This document shows, piece after piece, positions 48,010-58,410 of a stretch of 64,000 bases of DNA (its first letter is position 1; every line of letters begins with the position of its first letter). This DNA is from Candidatus Omnitrophota bacterium (GTDB lineage: Bacteria; Omnitrophota; Gorgyraeia; Duberdicusellales; 4484-171). The stretch spans positions 5,484-69,483 of the forward strand of contig JAIPHS010000001.1 in NCBI GenBank assembly GCA_021735105.1. Direction: 5' to 3'. The position numbers and the translations under genes were made by a program. The notes under the pieces are model-generated. The model worked only from the letters and a program-made list of their open reading frames with translations, ran no database searches and was not told the origin of the DNA.

Positions 48010-49092
48010 ATGTTTTATCACCTATTATATCCTTTGTCTGAGCACTTTTTTATTTTTAATCTCATAAAATATATTACTTTTCGGGGTGGTTGTGCATTTT
48101 TTACTTCTTTTTTTCTTGTTCTTTGCCTCTGGCGGCCTTTAATAAAGAGATTACATAAGCTGCAGATTATAGAAACTGTAGATATGTATGGACATCTGCA
48201 TCTTGAAACCCTGCATAAAGATAAAAAAGGTACTCCTACTATGGGAGGTATTCTTATTGTTTTTTCTCTATTTTTTTCTAGTTTGCTTTGGGTTCGTTTG
48301 GATAATTTATTAGTATGGGCAGTATTGTTTACTATGGTGGCTTTAGCTTTTTTGGGCCTAGCAGATGATTTTTTAAAAATAAAAAAAGCTAAGGGATTGA
48401 GCCGGTTTCAAAAATTGTTTTGGCAAAGCCTAATTGGCTTAATTTTAGGCCTTTTTATAGTATTATACAAAGGCATAGAACCTACCTGGAGCTTACCTTT
48501 TTTTAAAAATGTAGTATTAAATTTAGGATATTTTTATATTTTTTGGGCTATTTGTTTAATAGTAGCTACATCTAATGCAGTAAATTTTACCGATGGTTTG
48601 GATGGTTTAGCGGTTGGCAGTTTAATTATTAATGCAGCTATCTTTTCTTTACTAGCTTATTTGGTTGGAAATATAAATTTTGCTGAATACCTTTTTATTC
48701 CTTATATAGAAGGTGCAGGAGAATTAACTATTATAACTTTAAGTTTAGTTGGTTCTGGTTTAGCCTTTCTTTGGTTTAATTCTTATCCGGCTCAGATTTT
48801 CATGGGAGATATAGGGGCATTAGCCTTAGGGGGGCTCATTGGAGCAGTTGCTTTAATTATAAAAAAAGAATTTATCCTTTTTTTAAGCGGTGGTTTGTTT
48901 GTAATTGAGGCGTTAAGTGTAATCTTACAAATTGGTTCTGTAAAGTTACGTAAAAAAAGAATGTTTAAAGCTGCTCCTATTCATCACCATTTCCAAATTA
49001 AAGGTTGGGCAGAACCAAAAATAATTATCCGGTTTTGGATTATTACGATAATCTGTGCTTGTCTGGCGCTGCTTACCCTTAAGCTTCGATAA
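48010..49092 (+). CDS. mraY: phospho-N-acetylmuramoyl-pentapeptide transferase MraY
   Basis: 360 aa polytopic; 'NAVNFTDGLDGLA', 'MGDIGALALGG', 'HHHFQ'. Confidence 0.85.
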   Translation: MFYHLLYPLSEHFFIFNLIKYITFRGGCAFFTSFFLVLCLWRPLIKRLHKLQIIETVDMYGHLHLETLHKDKKGTPTMGGILIVFSLFFSSLLWVRLDNLLVWAVLFTMVALAFLGLADDFLKIKKAKGLSRFQKLFWQSLIGLILGLFIVLYKGIEPTWSLPFFKNVVLNLGYFYIFWAICLIVATSNAVNFTDGLDGLAVGSLIINAAIFSLLAYLVGNINFAEYLFIPYIEGAGELTIITLSLVGSGLAFLWFNSYPAQIFMGDIGALALGGLIGAVALIIKKEFILFLSGGLFVIEALSVILQIGSVKLRKKRMFKAAPIHHHFQIKGWAEPKIIIRFWIITIICACLALLTLKLR

Positions 49093-49095
49093 TTA

Positions 49096-50346
49096 ATGAA
49101 ATTTATTAAAGACTTAAAGATAGTTTGCGTAGCGGGATGGGGGAAAACCGGTATTTCTTTGGTAAAGATGTTACTTAATTTAGATAAAAAAATTAAAGTA
49201 ACCGAAACTAGAAAAAGGAATTGTTTTTGCCCTCAGCTTATTAAGGATTTTGAAAGTAAGGGGGTTGAGTTTGAGTTTGGCGGCCACTCAGAAAAATTTA
49301 TCAAATTATCTGAATTAATTATCTTAAGTCCGGGGATAGATCTTTCTAAATCAGAACTAAATAACATTGCCAAAAAAAATCATATAGCTTATTTGGGAGA
49401 GTTGGAGTTTGCTTCTTATTTTACAAATGCAAAAATTATTGCAATTACTGGAACCAATGGGAAAACTACAACAGCTTATTTAACCTACCAGCTGCTTAAA
49501 CAAAAAAATAAAAAAGTCTATTTAGGTGGTAATATTGGACGCCCTTTTTCTGAATTTGTATTGGATACTCAAGAAAAAGATATAGTGGTTTTGGAAGTAA
49601 GTTCATTTCAGTTGGAAACAATTATTAAATTTAGGCCATATGTTGCTGTTTTGCTTAATGTTGAGCCTGATCATATAGATCGGCATAAAAATTTCGGCAA
49701 TTATTTAAAAATAAAATTGAAAATATTTAAAAATCAGCAAAAAAATGATTGGATGGTTATCAATAAAGCAATAAATCTACAAGAAATCTCGTTATCACAA
49801 ATAAATTCAAAAATAATATATTTCAAAGATGAGTTGTCTGACCAAAATTTTTCAGCTGCCTATAGAATAGGAAAGATTTTTGGTGTTACCAAGGCTGATT
49901 GCCACCTGCTTTTTTCCCAATATAAAAAATTACCCCATCGCCAACGACTAGTAAAGGAAATAAATAAGATAAGATTTATAAATGACTCAAAATCTACTAA
50001 TCCTTCTTCAACATCATTTGCTCTAAAGTCAATAAAATCACCGATTATATTAATTGCTGGAGGTAAAGATAAAGGGTTTTACTACCAAGGCTTGAGATTA
50101 TATGCAAGAAAAATTAGACAGGTAAACCTTATCGGCCAGGCAGCAGATAAAATTAAAAATGAGTTAGGTAATAAAATTAAATGTCAAAAGTTCAATTCAT
50201 TGCAAGAGGCGGTATTGTCTGCGTATAAGCAAGCAAAGGCTTTTGATACCATTCTTCTTTCTCCGATGTGTTCTAGTTTTGATATGTTTAAAAATTATAA
50301 AGAAAGGGGCCGGAAATTTATCGAAATTGTAAAAAATATTTCCTAA
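49096..50346 (+). CDS. murD: UDP-MurNAc-L-Ala--D-Glu ligase MurD
   Basis: 416 aa; 'ITGTNGKTTT', 'NDSKSTNP'. Confidence 0.8.
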   Translation: MKFIKDLKIVCVAGWGKTGISLVKMLLNLDKKIKVTETRKRNCFCPQLIKDFESKGVEFEFGGHSEKFIKLSELIILSPGIDLSKSELNNIAKKNHIAYLGELEFASYFTNAKIIAITGTNGKTTTAYLTYQLLKQKNKKVYLGGNIGRPFSEFVLDTQEKDIVVLEVSSFQLETIIKFRPYVAVLLNVEPDHIDRHKNFGNYLKIKLKIFKNQQKNDWMVINKAINLQEISLSQINSKIIYFKDELSDQNFSAAYRIGKIFGVTKADCHLLFSQYKKLPHRQRLVKEINKIRFINDSKSTNPSSTSFALKSIKSPIILIAGGKDKGFYYQGLRLYARKIRQVNLIGQAADKIKNELGNKIKCQKFNSLQEAVLSAYKQAKAFDTILLSPMCSSFDMFKNYKERGRKFIEIVKNIS

Positions 50347-50362
50347 TATAACCGGTTGTTTT

Positions 50363-51517
50363 ATGATAAACAGAATAAAAATTTTTTTCATCAATAAAAT
50401 TAATAACTTAAAGGAATGGGAGTCATTACGTAAGGAAAGAAGAATTATTTTTTCCTTAATTTTCAGCTTAACTCTTATTGGGTTACTTTTTATTTATGAA
50501 TCTTCCAGCCTTTATGCTTTAAAGCATTATAATGATTCTGCTTATTTTTTTAAAAAACAAATTTTGTTTTTTATATTAGCACTTTTTTCTTTTTGTGGGG
50601 CATTATTTATAGATTTAGATTTTCTTCGACAGCAAAGTAAAAAAATATTAATTTCTTTGATTGTAATTTTGATAATTGTTCTTTTTTTTGGCCAGAAATC
50701 AGGCGGAGCTTCTCGCTGGATTCAGCTAGGGGGTTTTAGCTTTCAACCCTCTGAATTATTAAAAATATTTTTTCTTATTTATTGCGCTGATTATTGCAGC
50801 CGAAAAAAAATGATTTTAAAAGATTTGAATTATGGTTTTATTCCGGTGGGGTTGGTTTTAGCCATAATTTGCTTACTTTTGTTAATTCAGCCGGATTTAG
50901 GGGGTGTAATCTTTTGGATTATTTGGTTTTTAATTTTTGTATATTTATATGGAGCAAGATTAAAGCATCTAGCTATAATTATCTTAGGCTGTTTGATTAG
51001 TTTCTTTTTTTTAGTAAAGCTATACCCTTACCGGGTAAGAAGAATAATCGCTTATCTTGATCCTTTTTCTGATCCTCAGGGTTCAGGCTTTCAAATTATT
51101 CAGTCTCAATTAGCTTATAGCAGAGGAGGGATATTAGGAGTAGGATTAGGGGAAGGAAAACAGAAATTATTTTTTTTACCGGCTGCGCATACTGATTTTA
51201 TATTTTCAATTATTGCCGAAGAATTAGGGCTTATTTTGACTTTAGGGATTGTATTAATGTTTTTTTTAATTATTCATAAAATGTTAAAAATTTCTGACTT
51301 TATTAATGATAACTTTAGAAAAGGAATACTTTTTGGAATAGCTGTTATTTTTTTTCTTGAAGTATTTATTAATATTGGTGTTACCTGCGGCCTATTGCCG
51401 ACCAAAGGGATGCCTCTTCCTTTTATCAGTTATGGTGGTACCAATTTGGTTGTCCACTATATACTCTTAGGGTTATTTTTTAATGCATCGAAAAAACCAT
51501 TTAAAGATAAAAGATGA
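50363..51517 (+). CDS. ftsW: SEDS-family peptidoglycan polymerase FtsW
   Basis: 384 aa, about 10 TM; 'QPSELLK', 'QPDLGG', 'HTDFIFS', 'LPTKGMPLPFISYGG'. Confidence 0.8.
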   Translation: MINRIKIFFINKINNLKEWESLRKERRIIFSLIFSLTLIGLLFIYESSSLYALKHYNDSAYFFKKQILFFILALFSFCGALFIDLDFLRQQSKKILISLIVILIIVLFFGQKSGGASRWIQLGGFSFQPSELLKIFFLIYCADYCSRKKMILKDLNYGFIPVGLVLAIICLLLLIQPDLGGVIFWIIWFLIFVYLYGARLKHLAIIILGCLISFFFLVKLYPYRVRRIIAYLDPFSDPQGSGFQIIQSQLAYSRGGILGVGLGEGKQKLFFLPAAHTDFIFSIIAEELGLILTLGIVLMFFLIIHKMLKISDFINDNFRKGILFGIAVIFFLEVFINIGVTCGLLPTKGMPLPFISYGGTNLVVHYILLGLFFNASKKPFKDKR

Positions 51518-52548
51518 AGGTATTATTAGTATCTGAAAGAAGCGCTGGGCATGTTTATCCGGCTTTGGCTATTGGTGAGAAAATTAAAGAAAGTAACTTA
51601 ATTGATGCTAAAATTGTTTTCTTTACAAGTTCAAGATTTTTCAAAAAATATATTAAAAATAAAGGTTATTCAGTGTTAGGATTAACCTTTCAATTTAGGA
51701 ATATTTTTGTTGAATTTTTTTGCCGTTTTATCGAGTCAATATATATTCTTATCAAAGTTTTTCCTGATATAGTTATTGGATTTGGGGGAAGAGATAGCCT
51801 ATTTTTAGTTTTATTTGCTAGGATGCTTGGCAGGAAAACTTATATTTACGAGCCAAACGCGGAAATGGGCAGGGCTAATAAATTTCTTTCTCTTTTTGTA
51901 AAGAATATATTAAGAGGTATCCCTTCTTCTGATCAAAAGAAGAAATATAGAATTATCGGAATTCCTTTGGGTAAAAATATAGTAAAAAAAGAAAAAGAGA
52001 GGCTAAGAGAAAAGTTTAATTTTAATCAAAAACCTATTATTTTATGCTTTGGCGGCAGTCAAGGTTCTCGTTTTATTAATGATAGTTTTCTTAACTTTAT
52101 AGGAAGACACAATAATAATTCATATCAAATAGCTCATATTACCGGCGCGAAAGATTATTCTAAAGCGGTCGATTTTTATAGAAAAATAAAGAATAATAAA
52201 GTTGTAAAAGATTTCTATCAAGATATGCCTAATTTTTATAATCTAGCTGATGTTATTTTGTCTAGAGCGGGGGCATTGACTTTAGCTGAAATATCTTTTT
52301 ATAACATTCCGGCCATTTTAATTCCTCATCCACAAGCATTTGGGCATCAAAAAACAAATGCAAATTATCTAAAAGATAGAGGTGCTGCAGTTATTTTTGA
52401 ACAAAATAGTTTTGATTTTAAAAAATTTGAACTTTGCTTAAGCAAATTAATTCAAAATAACAGTGCTCGAAAAAATATAAAAAATAATCTTAAAAAAATA
52501 AAAATTGGAATAAAATATGAAGATTTTTCTTTTAATTTTATTAGTTAA
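51514..52548 (+). CDS. murG: UDP-GlcNAc:lipid I N-acetylglucosaminyltransferase MurG
   Basis: 344 aa GT28 fold; 'GHVYPALAIGEKI' N-terminal Gly-rich loop, C-terminal 'SRAGALTLAE'. Confidence 0.7.
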   Translation: MKVLLVSERSAGHVYPALAIGEKIKESNLIDAKIVFFTSSRFFKKYIKNKGYSVLGLTFQFRNIFVEFFCRFIESIYILIKVFPDIVIGFGGRDSLFLVLFARMLGRKTYIYEPNAEMGRANKFLSLFVKNILRGIPSSDQKKKYRIIGIPLGKNIVKKEKERLREKFNFNQKPIILCFGGSQGSRFINDSFLNFIGRHNNNSYQIAHITGAKDYSKAVDFYRKIKNNKVVKDFYQDMPNFYNLADVILSRAGALTLAEISFYNIPAILIPHPQAFGHQKTNANYLKDRGAAVIFEQNSFDFKKFELCLSKLIQNNSARKNIKNNLKKIKIGIKYEDFSFNFIS

Positions 52549-53305
52549 TTCATTTTTTCAAAATGTGTACGCAGAAGTTAAAGATTTTAGACAACTGCGG
52601 AGCAGCCATTTTATTATAAATTATCAGGAAGGGGTAGAAAGATCTTATCTAACTAATATTAAGCAAAAAGCTGAAGATTTTTACAAAAAAATTACCCAGG
52701 AATTTCATTTAGTTCGAGATGAACTTTGGCTTTGGGACAACCGCGCTAAAATTTTTGTAGCTAGAGACAGAAAAGAGTATCTTGATAATTTCAATTGTCC
52801 TAATTGGTCGGCTGCCTGCCTAGACTATAGGGCAAAAAAAGTTTATACATATCCTGGCCAAAAATATTTTATATCAACTCTAGCGCATGAATTGACTCAT
52901 ATTATTTTTCGGGAATATATAAAAAGACAAGATTTACCTCTCTGGCTAGACGAGGGAATGGCCATGTATATAGAAACAAAATTTTCTGATTCGAGATATC
53001 AAGTTTTTTCTGGCCGTATTAAGAAAATGATAAAAGATAATAGTTTTATACCTTTTAAAGAGTTAACAGAGCTCAACACAAGAACCATGAGAGAAAAACC
53101 GGATTCTTATGTAAATACCTTTTATCTGCAGTCTTTTTCTCTTATAAATTTTATAATTGGAAAGTATAAAAAGCATCACTTTTCACAATTTTTGTGGAAC
53201 TTTAAAAATGAATCAAATTTTAGGAAAGCTTTATCTAAAACCTATTATCAACTAAAAAGTTTAAAAGATTTAGAAGAAAGATGGAAAACTTATTATCTAA
53301 AGTAA
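52517..53305 (+). CDS. secreted HEXXH zincin-like putative metallopeptidase inserted in the dcw cluster
   Basis: 262 aa; signal peptide 'MKIFLLILLVNSFFQNVYA'; 'HELTHIIFREY' plus downstream 'LWLDEGMA' (HEXXH...E). No confident family assignment. Confidence 0.5.
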   Translation: MKIFLLILLVNSFFQNVYAEVKDFRQLRSSHFIINYQEGVERSYLTNIKQKAEDFYKKITQEFHLVRDELWLWDNRAKIFVARDRKEYLDNFNCPNWSAACLDYRAKKVYTYPGQKYFISTLAHELTHIIFREYIKRQDLPLWLDEGMAMYIETKFSDSRYQVFSGRIKKMIKDNSFIPFKELTELNTRTMREKPDSYVNTFYLQSFSLINFIIGKYKKHHFSQFLWNFKNESNFRKALSKTYYQLKSLKDLEERWKTYYLK

Positions 53306-54666
53306 AAAAAATTCATTTGATCGGTATTGGCGGTATCGGGATGACTGGCTTGGCACTTCTTTTGCAGGATAAAGGGTTTTTGGTCCAAGGCTCTGATATT
53401 CGTAAAACAGTCAAAACAGGAATACTTGCCAAAAGAGGGATTAAAGTTTATTTTGGGCATAAAAGAACCAATATTGACCCAAAAGTGGATTTAATTTGTT
53501 ATTCTTCAGCTGTTGGTTTAGACAATAGCGAGTTAAAAGAAGCAAAAAGCAAAAAGATAGGTGTGATTAAAAGAGGAAAGTTATTAGCTTTTTTATGTAA
53601 AGATACAAAAACTATAGCAGTAGCAGGAAGCCATGGTAAGACCACAATAGTCTCTCTCTTAAGTTATCTTTTTAAAAAAATTGGTTATACTCCCACAGTA
53701 TTTGTTGGTGGATTACCTGTAGACGGCTCTTTGTCTGCTTCTTGGGGTAGAGACTATTCAATCATAGAAACAGATGAGAGCGATGGAACTTTTCTTGACT
53801 ATGAGCCTCATCTTTCCATTATTACCAATATTGATAAAGAGCATCTAAATTATTATGGTGATTTTACTAATTTAAAAAAGTCATTTTTAAATTTTGCCAA
53901 AAAAACTAAAAAGAAAGTTTTTGGTTTTGGAGGGCAAAAAGAAATTAAAGAAATAATAGATAAAGTCAGGGGTGTTTCTTTTGGGATGGGCTCTGATTGT
54001 AATTTAAGTGCAAAAAATATACGTTCAGATCAAAGGTTTAGTTATTTTGATCTTTATAAGGGAGATGACTTACTGCTGTCGGTAGAGAGCCCTCTTTTAG
54101 GCCGGCATAACTGTTATAATGTGATGGCCGCTTTGGCTATTTTTGATTATTTGGGCCTAAATTTAGAAAAAATAAAGGATTATTTGATTGATTTTAAAGG
54201 TACAAAAAGACGGTTTCAAATAAAAACAAATATTTGCGGAGTAACATTTATAGATGATTATGCTCATCATCCAACTGAAATTAAAGCTACTTTAGAGACA
54301 GCTAGAGCAATACCTGCAAAAAGAATAGTGGCTATTTTACAGCCGCATAGGCCATCAAGGATTAAATCTTTATTTAAAGAATTTTCTTTATGCTTAAGGC
54401 AGGCAGATTTAGTAGTAGTGACTGATACTTATCAAGCTTCTGAACCATATCTAGAGGGAGTAAATAGCTTAAAATTGGTCAAAGCAATCAAAAGCCAGGG
54501 GCACAAAAATATTATTTATATTAATAAAAATAAATTAGAATTAAAAGTTCCAGAGATGATTGAAAAGGGTGATCTAGTTATTTGCCTAGGGGCAGGGGAT
54601 ATAAATAAGAAGTTAGAAAAGATTATTTATGAGTTTAAAAAAATTAAAACCGAAAAAAAATATTAA
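53281..54666 (+). CDS. murC: UDP-N-acetylmuramate--L-alanine ligase MurC
   Basis: 461 aa; 'IGIGGIGMTGLA', 'VAGSHGKTT', 'DDYAHHPTE'. Confidence 0.85.
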   Translation: MENLLSKVKKIHLIGIGGIGMTGLALLLQDKGFLVQGSDIRKTVKTGILAKRGIKVYFGHKRTNIDPKVDLICYSSAVGLDNSELKEAKSKKIGVIKRGKLLAFLCKDTKTIAVAGSHGKTTIVSLLSYLFKKIGYTPTVFVGGLPVDGSLSASWGRDYSIIETDESDGTFLDYEPHLSIITNIDKEHLNYYGDFTNLKKSFLNFAKKTKKKVFGFGGQKEIKEIIDKVRGVSFGMGSDCNLSAKNIRSDQRFSYFDLYKGDDLLLSVESPLLGRHNCYNVMAALAIFDYLGLNLEKIKDYLIDFKGTKRRFQIKTNICGVTFIDDYAHHPTEIKATLETARAIPAKRIVAILQPHRPSRIKSLFKEFSLCLRQADLVVVTDTYQASEPYLEGVNSLKLVKAIKSQGHKNIIYINKNKLELKVPEMIEKGDLVICLGAGDINKKLEKIIYEFKKIKTEKKY

Positions 54667-55486
54667 TTTAAGGCAATTGACTACTTTAGAGATAGGAGGA
54701 AGAGCTGAATATTTCTTTGTGGTTAGAGATAATTTTGAATTGTCAAAATTATTAAAAGAAATTGGAAGCCAATTTTATATTTTAGGTAATGGGTCAAATT
54801 TATTGATAAAAGATGGGCTAATAAAAAAACCAGTTGTAAAATTAATAGATAAATTTGAATTAATAAAACCAAAAGGAAATCTCTTAGAAGTTGGTTCTTC
54901 AACTTTACTTTCTTTTTTGGTAAAATATTGTATTAATAACTGTTTAGGGGGTATAGAAAATTTAGCAGGTATACCTGCAACAGTTGGTGGTATGCTTTCT
55001 TCTGCTGCTTCATCATTTGGAGTTAGTATTTTTAATTATTTAGAAATGGTAGAGGTAATGGATAAATTTGGCAATATTAATATGATTAAAAAAGATAAAA
55101 TTAATTATAGTTATAGGCGTTCCGGCCTAGAAGATAAAATAATAATTAAAGGCTTTTTTAAATTTTCTAAAAACAATAAAGAAATAAAAAAAAAGATACA
55201 GAATATAATTAAAAAAAGAATTACCTTACAAGATTTTTCTTTTCCCAGCTGTGGTTCGGTTTTTAAAAATCCTGTTTCTGCTGTGGCAGGCGCCTTGATA
55301 GAACAGGCTGGTTTGAAGGGAAAGCGAAAAGGTGATATCAAAATTTCAGATAAACATGCTAACTTTATTTTAAATGTAGGAAAAGGTTCATATTGCCAAG
55401 CCGATTATTTAATTAAGCAAATAAAGGATCTTATTTATCAAAGAGAAGGGATTGTTTTAGAGGAAGAAGTTAAAAGATGGAATTAA
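54629..55486 (+). CDS. murB: UDP-N-acetylenolpyruvoylglucosamine reductase MurB
   Basis: 285 aa; FAD-binding N-domain ('LGNGSNLLI'), 'CGSVFKNP' catalytic Ser region. Confidence 0.75.
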   Translation: MSLKKLKPKKNINLRQLTTLEIGGRAEYFFVVRDNFELSKLLKEIGSQFYILGNGSNLLIKDGLIKKPVVKLIDKFELIKPKGNLLEVGSSTLLSFLVKYCINNCLGGIENLAGIPATVGGMLSSAASSFGVSIFNYLEMVEVMDKFGNINMIKKDKINYSYRRSGLEDKIIIKGFFKFSKNNKEIKKKIQNIIKKRITLQDFSFPSCGSVFKNPVSAVAGALIEQAGLKGKRKGDIKISDKHANFILNVGKGSYCQADYLIKQIKDLIYQREGIVLEEEVKRWN

Positions 55487-56409
55487 CAAAGATAAAAGTG
55501 GGAGTTTTGGCTGGGGGGGTCTCTGAAGAAAGAGATATTTCTCTGCTTTCCGGCCGGCAAGTTTTTCAAGCTCTTAAGCGAAGAAACATTAAAGCAGAGT
55601 TGATCGAGATAAAAACTTCAAAAAGCATTCAAATAAAACAAATAATAAAATCAGCTCAAATAGATTTAGCGTTTATTGCTTTGCATGGATTATTTGGAGA
55701 AGATGGCAAAATTCAGTCTATACTGGAAGAAATTCCTATAGCTTATACTGGTTCAGGCCCAGAAGCAAGTTTTTTTTCAATGAATAAAATAGCGGCTAAA
55801 GAAAAATTTAAAAAAGAAGGGGTTCCTACCCCTTTTTTTCGTTTGGCTATTAGCAAAAGCCATAATTATGAAGATATTAATTATCCGGTTGCGGTTAAAC
55901 CTTCTCATTCAGGGTCAAGCTTTGGTATTTCAATAGTCGATACTAGAGAAAAAATAAAGAGGGCTCTAGAGAAGTCTTTGAAATTTAGCGAGTCAGTTAT
56001 TATCGAAGATTTTATTAAAGGCAAAGAGCTAACAGTTGGAGTTTTGGGGAAGAAGCCTCTGGCAGTAGTTGAAATTGTTCCCAAAGGGAAATATTTTGAT
56101 TTTAAAAATAAATATATAAAAGGAAATTCTGTTTTTATTGTACCGGCTAAACTTGATGAAAAGATATATAAACAAGTGCAAGAAGTAGCTTTTGCAGCTC
56201 ATAAAGCTTTAGGGTGCCGTGATTTTTCTCGAGTTGATATAAGATTAGAAGGTAATGTACCGTATGTTTTAGAGGTTAACTCAATACCAGGATTAACAGA
56301 ACGCAGCTTATTGCCGCTTTCTGCTTTTGCTTGCGGAATAAGTTTTGATCAACTAATTTTTAGTTTTTTAAAAGCTGCGTTATTAAGAAAAAATAAAGTT
56401 AAATTATAG
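55477..56409 (+). CDS. ddl: D-alanine--D-alanine ligase
   Basis: 310 aa ATP-grasp; 'HGLFGEDG', 'PVAVKPSHSGSSFGIS', 'LEVNSIPG'. Confidence 0.85.
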   Translation: MELTKIKVGVLAGGVSEERDISLLSGRQVFQALKRRNIKAELIEIKTSKSIQIKQIIKSAQIDLAFIALHGLFGEDGKIQSILEEIPIAYTGSGPEASFFSMNKIAAKEKFKKEGVPTPFFRLAISKSHNYEDINYPVAVKPSHSGSSFGISIVDTREKIKRALEKSLKFSESVIIEDFIKGKELTVGVLGKKPLAVVEIVPKGKYFDFKNKYIKGNSVFIVPAKLDEKIYKQVQEVAFAAHKALGCRDFSRVDIRLEGNVPYVLEVNSIPGLTERSLLPLSAFACGISFDQLIFSFLKAALLRKNKVKL

Positions 56410-56424
56410 GAGAATGAATGTTTT

Positions 56425-57234
56425 ATGGCCAGAAGAAGAAAAAATAAAAAAATAAACATATTTAAAATTTTTACAAATAAATTTTTTATTTGGATTTTTG
56501 CAATTTTTTTAATTATTGGAATTTTTTTATTGGGTGGATATCAAATTTATAGAGCGGATTTTTTTAAGGTTAGTGAAAGAAATTTACAATCAAACCTGGA
56601 TATAAATAGAAATTTTATGAATAAAATAAAAGGGAAGTCAGTTTTTAATATTAATTTAGATAAGTTACATACTTACCTAATACAGCAATATCCGGAATAT
56701 AAAGAGATTAAAATTATAAAAAAATTTCCTAATTTTATCAAAGTTGAAATGAAAGAAAGAAAACCGATTGCTCAAATAAGAGCTAAAAATTTTTATTTAA
56801 TCGATAAAAATGGAGTAATTGTTAGCCGAGGCGAAAATAACCCTTTTGAAAGTTTTCCTGTAATAAATGATTTGTCTTTTGACCAATATTTGGCGAAGGG
56901 AAGAAATATCTACAATGAAAACGTAAGAGCTGCTTTTAGGCTAATAGATATTATTAAAGGCGAAAACTTGCTTGAAGCAATTAATTCTCTTGATACGGAT
57001 TATCAATTTAAGCTAGGAGGTATTAACGTTTCTTCTCCAGAGACAATATATTTCTATTTAAAAAATAAAAAATATTACCAGAGAAGGATTAAAGTTATTT
57101 TAAACCGGCAAGACTTACAAGAAAAAGTAAGCCTTCTCAAGAGGCTTGTAAAGCAAAAATTAAAAGATAAACTATCTTTAATAAGGTATATAGATTTTCG
57201 TTTTCAAAAAGTTGCAGTAGGTTTTAAAAGATAA
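56425..57234 (+). CDS. ftsQ: FtsQ/DivIB-like cell division protein
   Basis: 269 aa; basic N-terminus, single TM 'FFIWIFAIFLIIGIFLLGG', POTRA-like region; position between ddl and ftsA. Confidence 0.6.
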   Translation: MARRRKNKKINIFKIFTNKFFIWIFAIFLIIGIFLLGGYQIYRADFFKVSERNLQSNLDINRNFMNKIKGKSVFNINLDKLHTYLIQQYPEYKEIKIIKKFPNFIKVEMKERKPIAQIRAKNFYLIDKNGVIVSRGENNPFESFPVINDLSFDQYLAKGRNIYNENVRAAFRLIDIIKGENLLEAINSLDTDYQFKLGGINVSSPETIYFYLKNKKYYQRRIKVILNRQDLQEKVSLLKRLVKQKLKDKLSLIRYIDFRFQKVAVGFKR

Positions 57235-57236
57235 TT

Positions 57237-58385
57237 ATGAAAACTTTTTCTGCATTAGTTTTAAAAAAAGACAAAGCTTTTCTTTCTTTTGCTATTCTTA
57301 AAAAGGGATGCCTAAAGCTTTTGGATGAAAAAGAGCTGCTATTGGCAAGTAATGATGATTTTCTTAAACAGTTAAAAGCTAATGCTAAAAAGATAGAGAA
57401 ATTAATAATTAATTTTGAACAAAAACATTCTTTCTCTGTAGGAAAAATATTTATGGAGTTACCTTCGGACCTGGCCGATGAGGTTGAAGTACAAGAGAAA
57501 GTAGTTTTCCCTAAAAAAAAGAAAATTACTCCATCAACTATTGATTCTGTCAAAAAATATATTGAAGACAAATTTCTTGAATGGAATCAACGCTGTGTAC
57601 ATCATATTGTTTTAGATTATCAAACTGAAGGTATACAAACTAATGATGCACCCTTACAGGTTTTTACTAATAAAATAAAATTCAGGTCTTTACTTATTTA
57701 TGTAAAAGAGGATTTTTATAAAGAAGTTACTGATATCTTTTATAATATGGAAAGAAATTTTGCCGGATTCATAGCACATAAAATAAGTGCTTTTTCGCAG
57801 GGTTTTAATAACTTAGAAGGAAATCAAATTGTAATTGGTGTTAATAATTTTAACAGCTATGCCGGCATAAAAGATGAAAAAGGAAGGCTATTTGAAAAAA
57901 AATTTAGTTTTGGTGTAAAAGAAGTTACCGAAGAGTTGGCCAAGCAATACGTAATAGCACCTTCTGTAGCTGAGCAGCTGTTAAAGAGCTATGGATCTTT
58001 TAAAGAAATTCCTTATTTTAAAGAAATAACTATCAAAAAACAAGATAGTTATCTAAATTTAAGTACTAAAGTTTTGAGCAATTTTTTAAAAAAAGTTTTT
58101 TCAAGTAATATAAAACTAATCATAGAGGAGGTTTTAAAAGTTGTTAAGGAAGGCAAAAGAGATGAAGCCGTTTTTTCTTTTATTGGGCCTTTAACTACAA
58201 AAGATGGTTTTTATGGCTATATTAAAAAATTATTAACCGTCAAAATTGAAGTGCCTGCTTATAAGTGTAGTTCTCCTGCTTTTGGCTGTATAAAGTATGG
58301 TTATTTTAAACCATTAGAAAATGAGCATCTGAAAAAACAATCTTTATTAAGGAAAATAAAAAAAATTTACCATGAATATTTTTAA
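57237..58385 (+). CDS. ftsA: divergent FtsA-like actin-fold protein (nucleotide-binding motifs degenerate)
   Basis: 382 aa; alignable by eye to FtsA in the phosphate-2/adenosine regions ('QIVIGVNNFNSYAG' vs 'VVDIGGGTMDIAV'; 'IAPSVAEQLLKSYG' vs 'TPPSDAEAIKVRHG'). Canonical DxGT and GGG motifs are absent. Confidence 0.5.
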   Translation: MKTFSALVLKKDKAFLSFAILKKGCLKLLDEKELLLASNDDFLKQLKANAKKIEKLIINFEQKHSFSVGKIFMELPSDLADEVEVQEKVVFPKKKKITPSTIDSVKKYIEDKFLEWNQRCVHHIVLDYQTEGIQTNDAPLQVFTNKIKFRSLLIYVKEDFYKEVTDIFYNMERNFAGFIAHKISAFSQGFNNLEGNQIVIGVNNFNSYAGIKDEKGRLFEKKFSFGVKEVTEELAKQYVIAPSVAEQLLKSYGSFKEIPYFKEITIKKQDSYLNLSTKVLSNFLKKVFSSNIKLIIEEVLKVVKEGKRDEAVFSFIGPLTTKDGFYGYIKKLLTVKIEVPAYKCSSPAFGCIKYGYFKPLENEHLKKQSLLRKIKKIYHEYF

Positions 58386-58410
58386 TTTAAATTTATTGTA
58401 AAAGATAAGC

